This document shows positions 1-8,561 of a DNA stretch of 38,117 nucleotides, piece by piece. The notes below the pieces were generated by a model, which saw nothing but the letters and a program-made list of their open reading frames with translations, did no database searches and was not told the DNA's origin. The stretch is from Promethearchaeota archaeon (GTDB lineage: Archaea > Asgardarchaeota > Lokiarchaeia > Sigyniarchaeales > SOKP01): contig RDOE01000029.1 of the NCBI GenBank assembly GCA_011364975.1, positions 1-38,117 on the forward strand. Reading direction: 5' to 3'. The translations under genes and the position numbers were made by a program. The stretch's first letter is position 1. Each line of letters begins with the position of its first letter.

Positions 1-212
1 ATTATAAATCCCTTAATATTTAACAATAACTCATGGCATGACATATATCATATTTAAAAAACTTTATTATAATAAAGAATAAGCCTTTCATTATGCTCTA
101 AAATAGTTTTTTCCGTCTTTTATCGCAAATATGTCATAATATTTTTCTACTTTTTAAAATTAATAGAAAATGGTGATAAAAAATTACTAATGTATATATC
201 TCAGATACATCC

Positions 213-1514
213 GTGTCGATAAGTGCTGCGGTTAATGAAATCTTTTCTTATTTAGAGCAGAATGGGACAAAAATACTAAAAAGTTCGAAAGAAGTTTACA
301 TAAAAGTGAATGGTATAGATTTTAAGAAGCATAGTTTTACATCTCCCAAAGTCTTAGAAGCTACAATAAAATATCTTAAAAACAAGGGTGCTAAAGTTTT
401 TGTTATGGAAAATTCCACTCAGGCTAATATGACGAGAATTGTTTTCGCTATTAACGGTTATAAGGATATATGTGAAAGAACTGGTGCGGAAATCATCTAT
501 TTAGATGAAGAAGATGAAAAAGAGTTTGAATTTAAAGGTAAACCCTCAGCGGAGATTAACCCTAAAGGATATAATTTATCAACCTTTAGATTACCTTCTA
601 CGATTGTAAGGATAATAAAGGATAGAGATTCAATCTGCTATATTAACTTACCTAAATTAAAAACTCATTCTATGGCAAGAGTGACTCTGGGAATTAAAAA
701 TCAATGGGGTTTTCCTCAACATGCAGATCGTGGAAAAGATCATAACTATAATTTACATTCAAAATTAGTTGATGTTTATGGGATCATCAAACCTGATATC
801 ACGATTATAGATGGAACCGAAGGAACTATTCACGGACATTATCCTCCAACAGTCTGGGAAGATAAATTGGTAATACCATTCAATATATTAATAGGAGGGA
901 TTGACACATTAGCGGTAGATGTAGTTGGGGCTAAAATATTTGGTTTAGCTCTGAGCGAAGTACCACATTTAAAACTAGCATATGAAAGGGGATTAGGAGA
1001 GGGACGCCTAGAAAAAATAAAAGTAATTGGAAAGGATTTAAAGATGTATACGAAGAAGTATGATTGGAATCTCCTTCAAGAATTTCCTAAAGACGTCAAG
1101 ATTGTTAAAGGAAAAGAATTGTTATGTCTAGAAGGTTGCCAAAACAACCCATTATCCATATTACAAGTATTTTCTAACGATCATAAAGAAAAGTTTAAAG
1201 GAGGCTGGTTTATAATAATGGGAAAAGGACACGACGAAAATATTGTAGAAACATTAAAAGCTGAAGGCTATAATAAAGGTTTAGTAGTAGGATATTGTGC
1301 AATTGACGAAGTTGGAGACAAAATTCGTGAAGCATTTGGTAAGAGAAAAGTGTTCTTCTCAGGAGACTGTAATAATTTAGCGGATACAGTCAAAGCAATA
1401 CTTAAATTAGCCGGTATGACTGTATTCGATCTTGTTCCTATTAGCTCTGAAGAATTAATGCCTCTCATAGAAGAAGCAAAAAAAAATGGAAGTACTGCTC
1501 TTACTCCATTATAG
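213..1514 (+). CDS. DUF362 family Fe-S protein
   Basis: Motifs IKVN, NLPKLKTH, VTLGIKNQWG, IIDGTEG and DTLAVD are typical of DUF362; C-terminal Cys motifs CLEGC, GYCA, GDC. The frame is open upstream to 180, so the true start may be ATT at 183. Confidence 0.8.
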   Translation: MSISAAVNEIFSYLEQNGTKILKSSKEVYIKVNGIDFKKHSFTSPKVLEATIKYLKNKGAKVFVMENSTQANMTRIVFAINGYKDICERTGAEIIYLDEEDEKEFEFKGKPSAEINPKGYNLSTFRLPSTIVRIIKDRDSICYINLPKLKTHSMARVTLGIKNQWGFPQHADRGKDHNYNLHSKLVDVYGIIKPDITIIDGTEGTIHGHYPPTVWEDKLVIPFNILIGGIDTLAVDVVGAKIFGLALSEVPHLKLAYERGLGEGRLEKIKVIGKDLKMYTKKYDWNLLQEFPKDVKIVKGKELLCLEGCQNNPLSILQVFSNDHKEKFKGGWFIIMGKGHDENIVETLKAEGYNKGLVVGYCAIDEVGDKIREAFGKRKVFFSGDCNNLADTVKAILKLAGMTVFDLVPISSEELMPLIEEAKKNGSTALTPL

Positions 1515-1759
1515 ACTAACAACAATAAACAATACAATAATCATTTTTATTTTTATAGATCAGACCCTTGAACCAATTCCCTCATAATAGAAATAAAAAA
1601 TCGTCTCATTAATTGAAAAAATATGGCTCTTATTTGTTTTTCACTAAAATTCACACATTTTATTCAAAAATTATATTTAATCTAATTCTATTTTGATAAG
1701 TAAATTATTAAATACAAATTTCGATATTATATTTAAAAAAAAATGAATATTTACAACGG

Positions 1760-3247
1760 GTGAAAAAATTGGAGGAAAATGAAAAAACTTTAACACCCGA
1801 AGAGATTGAAAAACAAAAGAAAATCGTAGATCAATTATATAAACAAGAAAAAGAAGAGTTAGAAAAATACTTAAAAAGTACAGAGGAAGAACGCAAAAAA
1901 GCGTTTGAAGCAAGCCAAGAATTAATTTCCGATTTAATATCCCAGAAAAGTTTTTTTCGTGAAAAGCAGAGAGAACGTGATTTAGAACGAATAGAATTAA
2001 AACCAGAGATTGGAAAAGCAGGTACTGCAATTGAAAAGACTATTGAAACTCAAGCCTTTTATAGAGATAAACAGAGAGAGGAAGATTTTACGAGAATGGA
2101 TTTGAAGCCTGATATTAAGGGGGTAGCTGAGGTGATCAGTAAAACCATTGATGAAAAGGCGTTTCTCATTGAAAAGAAAAAGGAAAGCGCTATACAGAGA
2201 ATGAAACTAAAACCAGATATCGAAAAAAGTCGTGAAGCTATAAATCAATCAATTGGAGAAAAAGCTTTTATGATTGAAAAGAAGAGAGAATCTGATTCTC
2301 AAAGACATGAATTACATCCCGACATTGAGAAAGTAGCAGAAACTATTAGTAAATCTGTAGGAGAAAAAGCGTTTATGAGGGAAAAACAGAGAGAAGAAGA
2401 TTATAAAAGAATGGAATTAAGTCCTGATTTTCGAAAAACAGGTGAATCAATTAATAAAACTGTTGCCCAAAAAGCGTTTCTAATAGATCAAAAAAGAGAG
2501 ATGGACTCCAAAAGAAAAAGCTTACACCCGGAAAGAGAAGAAATTAGTGGGACTATTGAAAAAAATATTAGTGAAAAAGCATTTCTAATAGATTTACAAA
2601 GAGAAAAGACTCAAGAGATAAAGACATTACAACCAAATATAAAAGAAGCAAGTGAAGCTATTTCAAAATCAATTAGTGAGAAAGCTTTTTATCGAGAAAA
2701 ATACAGAGAAGAAGATGCTAAAAGAATGGAATTAAAGCCTGATTTTTATAAAGCAAGCGAAGCAATCAATAAAACCATAGCAGAAAAAGCATTTATTAGA
2801 GATTTACACCGAGAAACCGACCAAAAAATGAAAGAAATAAAGCCTGATTTTGAAAAAACCACTGAAGCTATAACTAAAGTGATTGATGAGAAAGCCTTTA
2901 TGATTGAAAAAAAGAGAGAATCTGAATCTCAGAGACATGATCTACATCCTGATATCGAGAAAGCAAGTCAAACTATTAATAAATCGCTAGGAGAAAAAGC
3001 TTTTATAAGAGAAAAGCAACGAGAACAAGATTTTCAAAGGATGGAGTTAAAACCTAACCTTGAAAAGGTTGCTGGGAGAATAGAGAAAACTATAGAAGAA
3101 AAAGCATTTTTCCGGGATAAACAACGAGAAAAAGATCAAGAAAGAATGGTTCTTAAACCTGATATTGAAGGAATCGGCTCAAAAATTGAATCTGAAATTG
3201 AAAAAATTGAAAGTAAAAAGCGAAAAGAAGAAAAAAATTCCAATTAG
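1760..3247 (+). CDS. Highly charged protein built of 35-aa tandem repeats, function unknown (nebulin-like pattern)
   Basis: 495-aa ORF with 11 complete and 2 partial units, consensus approximately LKPDIEKASEAINKSISEKAFxREKQRExDxxRME. Start may be TTG at 1769, after GGTGA at 1759-1763. Confidence 0.9.
   Translation: MKKLEENEKTLTPEEIEKQKKIVDQLYKQEKEELEKYLKSTEEERKKAFEASQELISDLISQKSFFREKQRERDLERIELKPEIGKAGTAIEKTIETQAFYRDKQREEDFTRMDLKPDIKGVAEVISKTIDEKAFLIEKKKESAIQRMKLKPDIEKSREAINQSIGEKAFMIEKKRESDSQRHELHPDIEKVAETISKSVGEKAFMREKQREEDYKRMELSPDFRKTGESINKTVAQKAFLIDQKREMDSKRKSLHPEREEISGTIEKNISEKAFLIDLQREKTQEIKTLQPNIKEASEAISKSISEKAFYREKYREEDAKRMELKPDFYKASEAINKTIAEKAFIRDLHRETDQKMKEIKPDFEKTTEAITKVIDEKAFMIEKKRESESQRHDLHPDIEKASQTINKSLGEKAFIREKQREQDFQRMELKPNLEKVAGRIEKTIEEKAFFRDKQREKDQERMVLKPDIEGIGSKIESEIEKIESKKRKEEKNSN
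1997..3151 (+). repeat. Coding tandem repeat, 11 x 105 nt, degenerate
   Basis: The L-x-P unit starts at 1997 and recurs every 105 nt to 3152 with no indels. Segments starting at 2264 and 2894 (offset 630 nt) are closely similar at DNA level. Confidence 0.95.
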
Positions 3248-3271
3248 ATTTTTTTCAGTTTAACCAATAAA

Positions 3272-3775
3272 TCATTTATTTGCATTAAATCTTAATAAAG
3301 AGTCAAAATTCCTGTTTTCTAATTTTTTTTTGTATTGTAAAATGGAGGGATCTACAATCCCATTGAAATTGGTTATTGCATGTTCAAATTTTTGATAGAA
3401 ATCCTCCATAACATCATGTAAAATTACGCGTTCTGCTGCGAGGTTAGTTTTTTTGGAAATCGCAATCACTGATAATCTTCCCTTTCGTTCATATAGGATT
3501 CTTGTTTCTTTGAAATTAATCTCTTGTATTTCATCTTCCTTTGATTCCAATTTCAATTCATTTATAAATAAGTTTAAAGCGTTCAAAAATCCGCATATTA
3601 GATCCTCATTCGAGAAAAGTGTTATATTTGTGGTATACTTATTACAAAGAAGTAAAGAACCAGTAAGATTATCAAGAAAATAAATTGCATGAAAGCGTTG
3701 CTCGTTGGAATTTAAATTTTCGATATTGAACCCGTATAATTTCTTCGGATTGGGATTATACCAATTGTATGTCAT
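3272..3775 (-). CDS. Longin-like domain protein (Asgard type)
   Basis: Pattern AIYFLDNLTGSLLL, DLICGFLNALNLFINEL, IQEINFKETRILYERKGRLSVIAIS and a C-terminal helix fits the longin beta-beta-alpha-beta-beta-beta-alpha layout. Confidence 0.6.
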   Translation of the reverse strand: MTYNWYNPNPKKLYGFNIENLNSNEQRFHAIYFLDNLTGSLLLCNKYTTNITLFSNEDLICGFLNALNLFINELKLESKEDEIQEINFKETRILYERKGRLSVIAISKKTNLAAERVILHDVMEDFYQKFEHAITNFNGIVDPSILQYKKKLENRNFDSLLRFNANK

Positions 3776-4031
3776 TATATTAATGATCTTCTTTGATATT
3801 CTTTATCTATAGAAACATGAAACTATGCTATGTTTAAAATGTAAATAATATCTTAGTGTTATATCAAATCAATCTCTTAAGATTTATGATTAGAATCATA
3901 ATCTTAGGCACTTATAACTTAAAAATAAGACAGATCACTATAAAATTATTAATATAAAAAAAAAAATAAACATTAAAAACAAATACGATTTATTATTAGA
4001 CATATACTCTTTTTATGAATTTCACTTTCTG

Positions 4032-4505
4032 ATGGTTATGGTTGTAAATAACAACGATGTTAGGCAAAAAAATAAAATTTCTGTTGGTTTAATTATAACT
4101 GAAGATGACTTAAATTCAACATTTTTCCCCGAGGAAGTTAAAAAGGAAATCAGAAATTCTTCCTTCTATTTATTAATTTTCATTTCAAGGGAAGATTCAA
4201 TAAAAATCAGCTGTTTTCCAACTAATACCAGCAATATTAAGAAGATTCTAATTAAACTAATAGAATTTTCTCCCGAATTAGTAAAAGGCATATCTACTGT
4301 ATTGAATGAACTCAATTTAAGTAAGGAAATTTTGCATACAACAGGTATCTGTTATGAATTAGAGAATTGTTTCTATGAAACTTATTTAATAGGGGATGTC
4401 CTTAATAATGGACGAGTATCATTAGAAAGTGTAAAGCAAAAGTTTATGGCAATTCCTCAAGTAGTCAATGTAAATATAGAAGAGATTTCAATCAACGCTA
4501 AATAA
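4032..4505 (+). CDS. Hypothetical protein, possible C-terminal ACT-like domain
   Basis: 157-aa ORF with normal composition; HTTGIC...CFYE motif. Confidence 0.65.
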   Translation: MVMVVNNNDVRQKNKISVGLIITEDDLNSTFFPEEVKKEIRNSSFYLLIFISREDSIKISCFPTNTSNIKKILIKLIEFSPELVKGISTVLNELNLSKEILHTTGICYELENCFYETYLIGDVLNNGRVSLESVKQKFMAIPQVVNVNIEEISINAK

Positions 4506-4628
4506 TCATATTGACGAATGAAGGAAAAAAGGATCGCCGTACACCACAAACTCTTTCACTCTAGGTTAAAATTCAAAATGTTTTTTTATTGTTTAACGAA
4601 GTAACGCTTATTTCTATTTTTTTAACTA

Positions 4629-5027
4629 TTATTGAGTTTTAATGGCGCTTAATGTACGCCAGGTTTTCCAGAAAATTAACCATAAGATTATAAAAATAAA
4701 AATAGTCGTGAAAAAAGTATATCCCCCAATAAAACCATCAATCATGAGTGAAAAGGGTATCCCTGCGATACAAAAACCTATCAGATAACCATATCCCCAA
4801 TATCTATTTTTTATAGCGATTATTACTCCAGGAATCATAGTTGTCAATATAATTGATAAAAAGGCTAAAATTTCATATTCGGGAGATGCATTGAAAATTA
4901 AGATCATATTCACCCAAGATATCACAAAACCTATCGCAGCAAAAAGGAAGGTAAAAATATCAATTTTAAACTCTGGTTCAGGTCGACCAACAGTTTGTTC
5001 ATTCTTTTTCTTAGTCATGCTTTTCAA
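4629..5027 (-). CDS. Small integral membrane protein (about 4 TM)
   Basis: Four hydrophobic segments; ATG alternative a few codons after the TTG start. Confidence 0.75.
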   Translation of the reverse strand: MKSMTKKKNEQTVGRPEPEFKIDIFTFLFAAIGFVISWVNMILIFNASPEYEILAFLSIILTTMIPGVIIAIKNRYWGYGYLIGFCIAGIPFSLMIDGFIGGYTFFTTIFIFIILWLIFWKTWRTLSAIKTQ

Positions 5028-5301
5028 ACCTATTCTCTCTTGATTGAAAATACTCAGACTTATACATCACTTAAGTATTAATTATAAATATTCATCCGAT
5101 TTAAACCTTCTAATGGGGGAATATTCGCGAAGAATCATCTAGTCAAAGCAATATTTTTCCCTTGCTTTATATATAAATGAAATAAATATAAGATAAAAGT
5201 TTAAAAACCCTTAATTAATATAAATTCCTAGAAGATAAAAACTTTTAAATAAAACATTTTGTTACTTAAGATAAATAAAATAGGGATGTTTAAATATCTA
5301 T

Positions 5302-5416
5302 GACTCCTGCCCCACCCTGGATTTTTGTCTTTTGGTAGTGTGGTCAACACACTCATTTCGCCCTCCTCCCCCTATTTTATTTTATGACCTTCTTATTAGG
5401 TCTCGGGGCAGGAGTC
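5302..5416. ncRNA. Putative structured RNA or inverted-repeat element, family unknown
   Basis: Perfect 12-bp inverted repeat GACTCCTGCCCC (5302-5313) / GGGGCAGGAGTC (5405-5416) enclosing hairpins AGTGTG-GTCAA-CACACT (5337-5353) and GACCT-TCTTATT-AGGTC (5386-5402). GC-rich within an AT-rich intergenic region. Confidence 0.5.
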
Positions 5417-5501
5417 TCCTTTACCATATTATACGAGCAATAAAGTTCTGACGAAGATTTATTCTTTTATTTCGACGAAAAGACACAAATATACTGATTT
5501 C

Positions 5502-5525
5502 AAAAAAATAAAAAAAAAAAGAAAG
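5502..5525 (-). terminator. Oligo-T archaeal terminator candidate for the 7TM gene
   Basis: Long A-tract on + (T-tract on -) immediately after the stop of 5526..6281. Confidence 0.45.
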
Positions 5526-6281
5526 TTATTCTAATTTTAAAATTTTTTTCATCCATTTTGGCATGATAAATCCTATATAATAAAATGTGCTTGCCAACAC
5601 CATAACTATCCTAAAAATTATCAAATTGACCGGGTTAAGTGGTAAAAATCCATCTCCTATAGCACCGATCGCGAAAAGATTGAAAGACAAAATTAAAAAA
5701 CGCCCTTTCCATTTGATCGTTTTATCTTCATTTTTCATCGATTGAATAGAAAAGTCATTCCCCGTTATAGTGCTAATTAATAACAAAATAGCAAGATAAA
5801 CTAATGCAAAAGCTTTATATTCAATATCAATCGCATTCTCTTTAATCCCGATTAACTCATCAATTGGAGCTCCTGGTACGGAGAAAAGAAAGATAAAAAT
5901 GTAGATATAAAAAATTAAAGATAATATCGCAAAACCAATCAATAATGGCTTTTTTAATTTTGGATGCAATGCGGGAATATAAATCTGAAACCAAGCAAAA
6001 AGTGCTAAAGGTGCTCCTAAGGTTCCTAATAATACATAAACCGGATATATAATAGCCTCGTTTGTTATTAGCCAATAAACATAACCCAAACCACTAGGAT
6101 ACCACGGTGACATCGTGAACATTATTGCAAAAAAGAAATAGAAAAGAGTTTTATATTTTAGCTGGATTGCTTTAATTAATACCAAAATGCCATAAAACCA
6201 TGCGACCGCCACACTTATAGTACCAAGAATTCCCGAAAGTTGGCCTAGAGGGTCTAAATCAACAAATAATAGTTGTATCAT
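5526..6281 (-). CDS. Seven-transmembrane protein, function unknown
   Basis: Seven hydrophobic helices, short basic C-tail (PKWMKKILKLE), no soluble output domain. Confidence 0.8.
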   Translation of the reverse strand: MIQLLFVDLDPLGQLSGILGTISVAVAWFYGILVLIKAIQLKYKTLFYFFFAIMFTMSPWYPSGLGYVYWLITNEAIIYPVYVLLGTLGAPLALFAWFQIYIPALHPKLKKPLLIGFAILSLIFYIYIFIFLFSVPGAPIDELIGIKENAIDIEYKAFALVYLAILLLISTITGNDFSIQSMKNEDKTIKWKGRFLILSFNLFAIGAIGDGFLPLNPVNLIIFRIVMVLASTFYYIGFIMPKWMKKILKLE

Positions 6282-6588
6282 ACTAATAGTTACTTAGATT
6301 TGATTTAAAAAGATCTTTATTTGGGTCGAGGTTTCATCCTTAATTTGAAATATTTTATTTTATTTCGAAAATTTAATTTTGGTTAATTTGAATGATCCTT
6401 TGATATGTTTAAAAACAAAAAATTCATTATTGATGATAAATTCCTATTAAAATTATTCTAAGTTTTTAATAAAACAGAGAAAAATAATAATTAAAATACG
6501 ATTAGAAATAGTAATAAATTTTTATTTGAGTAAATTTTATTTATTCAAACGAATTTTTAATCAAAACAACATTTAAGGTTAAATACTT

Positions 6589-8289
6589 ATGACAGAAGAA
6601 ATAATTAGACGCACGACAAGCATATGTCCAGAATGTCTTCAACCTATTCCAGCAGAAATCTACGTCGATTCCGAAACAAACTGGGTTATGATGCGAAAAG
6701 ATTGCGAGGAACACGGTCATTTCAAAGATAAACTTTCCATTGATCCAGAGGAATACATCTGGTCTGAAACTTTTACAGATGAAATTGGCTCTACGGTGAA
6801 TAATTCTACTAAACCCGAATGTCTCGCATCAGGAATCAAGCAGACCGAAAATGGATGTCCATATGACTGTGGACTCTGCGAGAATCATAAATCTGCTCCT
6901 AATATTGCTCTACTTGATATTACAAATAGATGTAATTTAACCTGTCCTATTTGCTTTGCTAATGCAAGCGCAAAAGGATATGTAGTGGAGCCTACATTCG
7001 ATGAAATTACCCGGATATTAGAGCATTTCCGATCTATGAAACCAGTCCCTCCCGTATTATGTCAATTATCTGGAGGAGAACCAACAATCCGAGATGACCT
7101 TCCAGATATCATTCGAAAGGCTAAGGAATTAGGTTTTATCGATATCATGGTCACCACAAACGGAGTACGATTTGGTAAATCACCAGAATTCATGAAAAAA
7201 TGTATGGATGCCGGAATGGACGCAATTTATTTACAATTTGATGCTACCGATGATGCAGAAGCATGGAAAAAGATTCGAGGTGTTAACTTATGGCCTTTAA
7301 AGAAAAAAGTTATCGAAAATGCACGAAAGATAGGATTCTTTGGCATTATGTTAGTCCCGGTCATTGCCAGAGGTGTAAATGACCACCAAATTGGTAATAT
7401 AATGAATTATGCGAAAGATAACTGGGATGTAGTTTCAGGTATCATTTTTCAACCAGTCTCCTTATGTGGACGTATTAGTTTTGAAGAACTAATGGATTTA
7501 AGATATACCACATCTGACTTGAAAGTCGCTATTAATAAGGTGACTAACAATGCAATTAGAAGGTTTTATCCTATTGCAACCACAGCAAAAATGACTCGAC
7601 TACTTGCCTGGTTCGATGATGTGGACGAATTTTCCATGACTAGTCATAAAGATTGTGGATTTGCTACTGTGTGTGTGATTAATGATAAAGGCGAATGGGA
7701 GTCTATTGATTCATATTTCGACGCTGAAGGGTTAATCCGTTGGTCCAACAAAATTTACGATATGGTTCAAAAGCAAGAGGTTCCAAAACCAACTAGTTTA
7801 TTAAAGGGAATTAATTTGGAAGATTTAGGTGCCCTAGCTTCGACAGTTGGTAAATTTGTGGATGACATTACCAATTTAGGTTATCGAAATTTGATGCGGG
7901 CTTACTATTTAGCAGGTGCTGCCAAATATGTTAAACATCCTGAAAAGTTTTTAAATAGTAAGACTTATCAAGGCTTTTTACGACTTGTTGCGTCGCCCAA
8001 TTTTGCCTCATCAGCAAATTTCTTTCACAATAAAAACCTTCTAGTCTCAGCAATGCATTTCCAAGACGCTTATAATTTTGATCTGGATAGGGTTTGCCGT
8101 TGCCTTGTTCACTACGGTGTAATCGATCCAGAGGATAATACTAAGGTCTTAGAAGTCCCATTCTGCGCTATGAACACTCTACATCGCGAGCGTTTAGAGC
8201 TGGCGAACGCCATTAAAGGGGAGAAGGCGAAAAATGCAGAAGTTATCCAAGCTGAGATTGAAGAGATATTAGAAACTGTGAAAGAATAA
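6589..8289 (+). CDS. tes: Tetraether lipid synthase (GDGT macrocyclase), radical SAM
   Basis: N-terminal CPEC...CEEH, CPYDCGLCENH, radical SAM CNLTCPIC, SGGEPT, and C-terminal MHFQDAYNFDLDRVCRC...PFCAMN: the MJ0619/Tes architecture. Confidence 0.85.
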   Translation: MTEEIIRRTTSICPECLQPIPAEIYVDSETNWVMMRKDCEEHGHFKDKLSIDPEEYIWSETFTDEIGSTVNNSTKPECLASGIKQTENGCPYDCGLCENHKSAPNIALLDITNRCNLTCPICFANASAKGYVVEPTFDEITRILEHFRSMKPVPPVLCQLSGGEPTIRDDLPDIIRKAKELGFIDIMVTTNGVRFGKSPEFMKKCMDAGMDAIYLQFDATDDAEAWKKIRGVNLWPLKKKVIENARKIGFFGIMLVPVIARGVNDHQIGNIMNYAKDNWDVVSGIIFQPVSLCGRISFEELMDLRYTTSDLKVAINKVTNNAIRRFYPIATTAKMTRLLAWFDDVDEFSMTSHKDCGFATVCVINDKGEWESIDSYFDAEGLIRWSNKIYDMVQKQEVPKPTSLLKGINLEDLGALASTVGKFVDDITNLGYRNLMRAYYLAGAAKYVKHPEKFLNSKTYQGFLRLVASPNFASSANFFHNKNLLVSAMHFQDAYNFDLDRVCRCLVHYGVIDPEDNTKVLEVPFCAMNTLHRERLELANAIKGEKAKNAEVIQAEIEEILETVKE

Positions 8290-8561
8290 ACATCTATTTT
8301 TAATTTTCAATTTTTTTACTTACCATATATTATAAACTTTTTAATATTAAGTTCAATAGAGATAATGTATTCAGTAGGTCCCTTTTCATATTTAATAATA
8401 GAGAATGAAATGATGATTAATTTATATAAACTGGATACAATAAAAAAAGGTTAAATGTTTTAAAGCTTCTACAATTATAGAGTAAAGGAAATTACAAAAT
8501 GCTTGATATTTACATCTTTGAGAATACTTTCCTCTAATAAAAATAAAGTTGATTTAGATTA

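Noticed and set aside
38-137. 9-bp inverted repeat ATGACATAT / ATATGTCAT
   Set aside because: Arms are about 80 nt apart in AT-rich DNA with no supporting structure; plausible by chance.
1268-2030. Antisense ORFs 1268..1537 and 1677..2030
   Set aside because: Shadows of well-supported + strand genes; the hydrophobicity of the second mirrors the A-rich Lys/Glu codons opposite.
1997-3151. PPR (also 35 aa) or CRISPR interpretation of the repeat
   Set aside because: The units lack the two-helix hydrophobic pattern of PPR and are extremely charged. The repeats are degenerate, in-frame coding and have no spacers.
5302-5416. tRNA, SECIS or MITE identity for the structured element
   Set aside because: No cloverleaf or T-loop; no clear SECIS core and no adjacent UGA-containing gene; flanks (ATCTAT / TCCTTT) show no target-site duplication and there is no second copy in the window.
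8365-8454. 29-aa ORF between tes and the DUF296 gene
   Set aside because: No SD or motif; length expected by chance.
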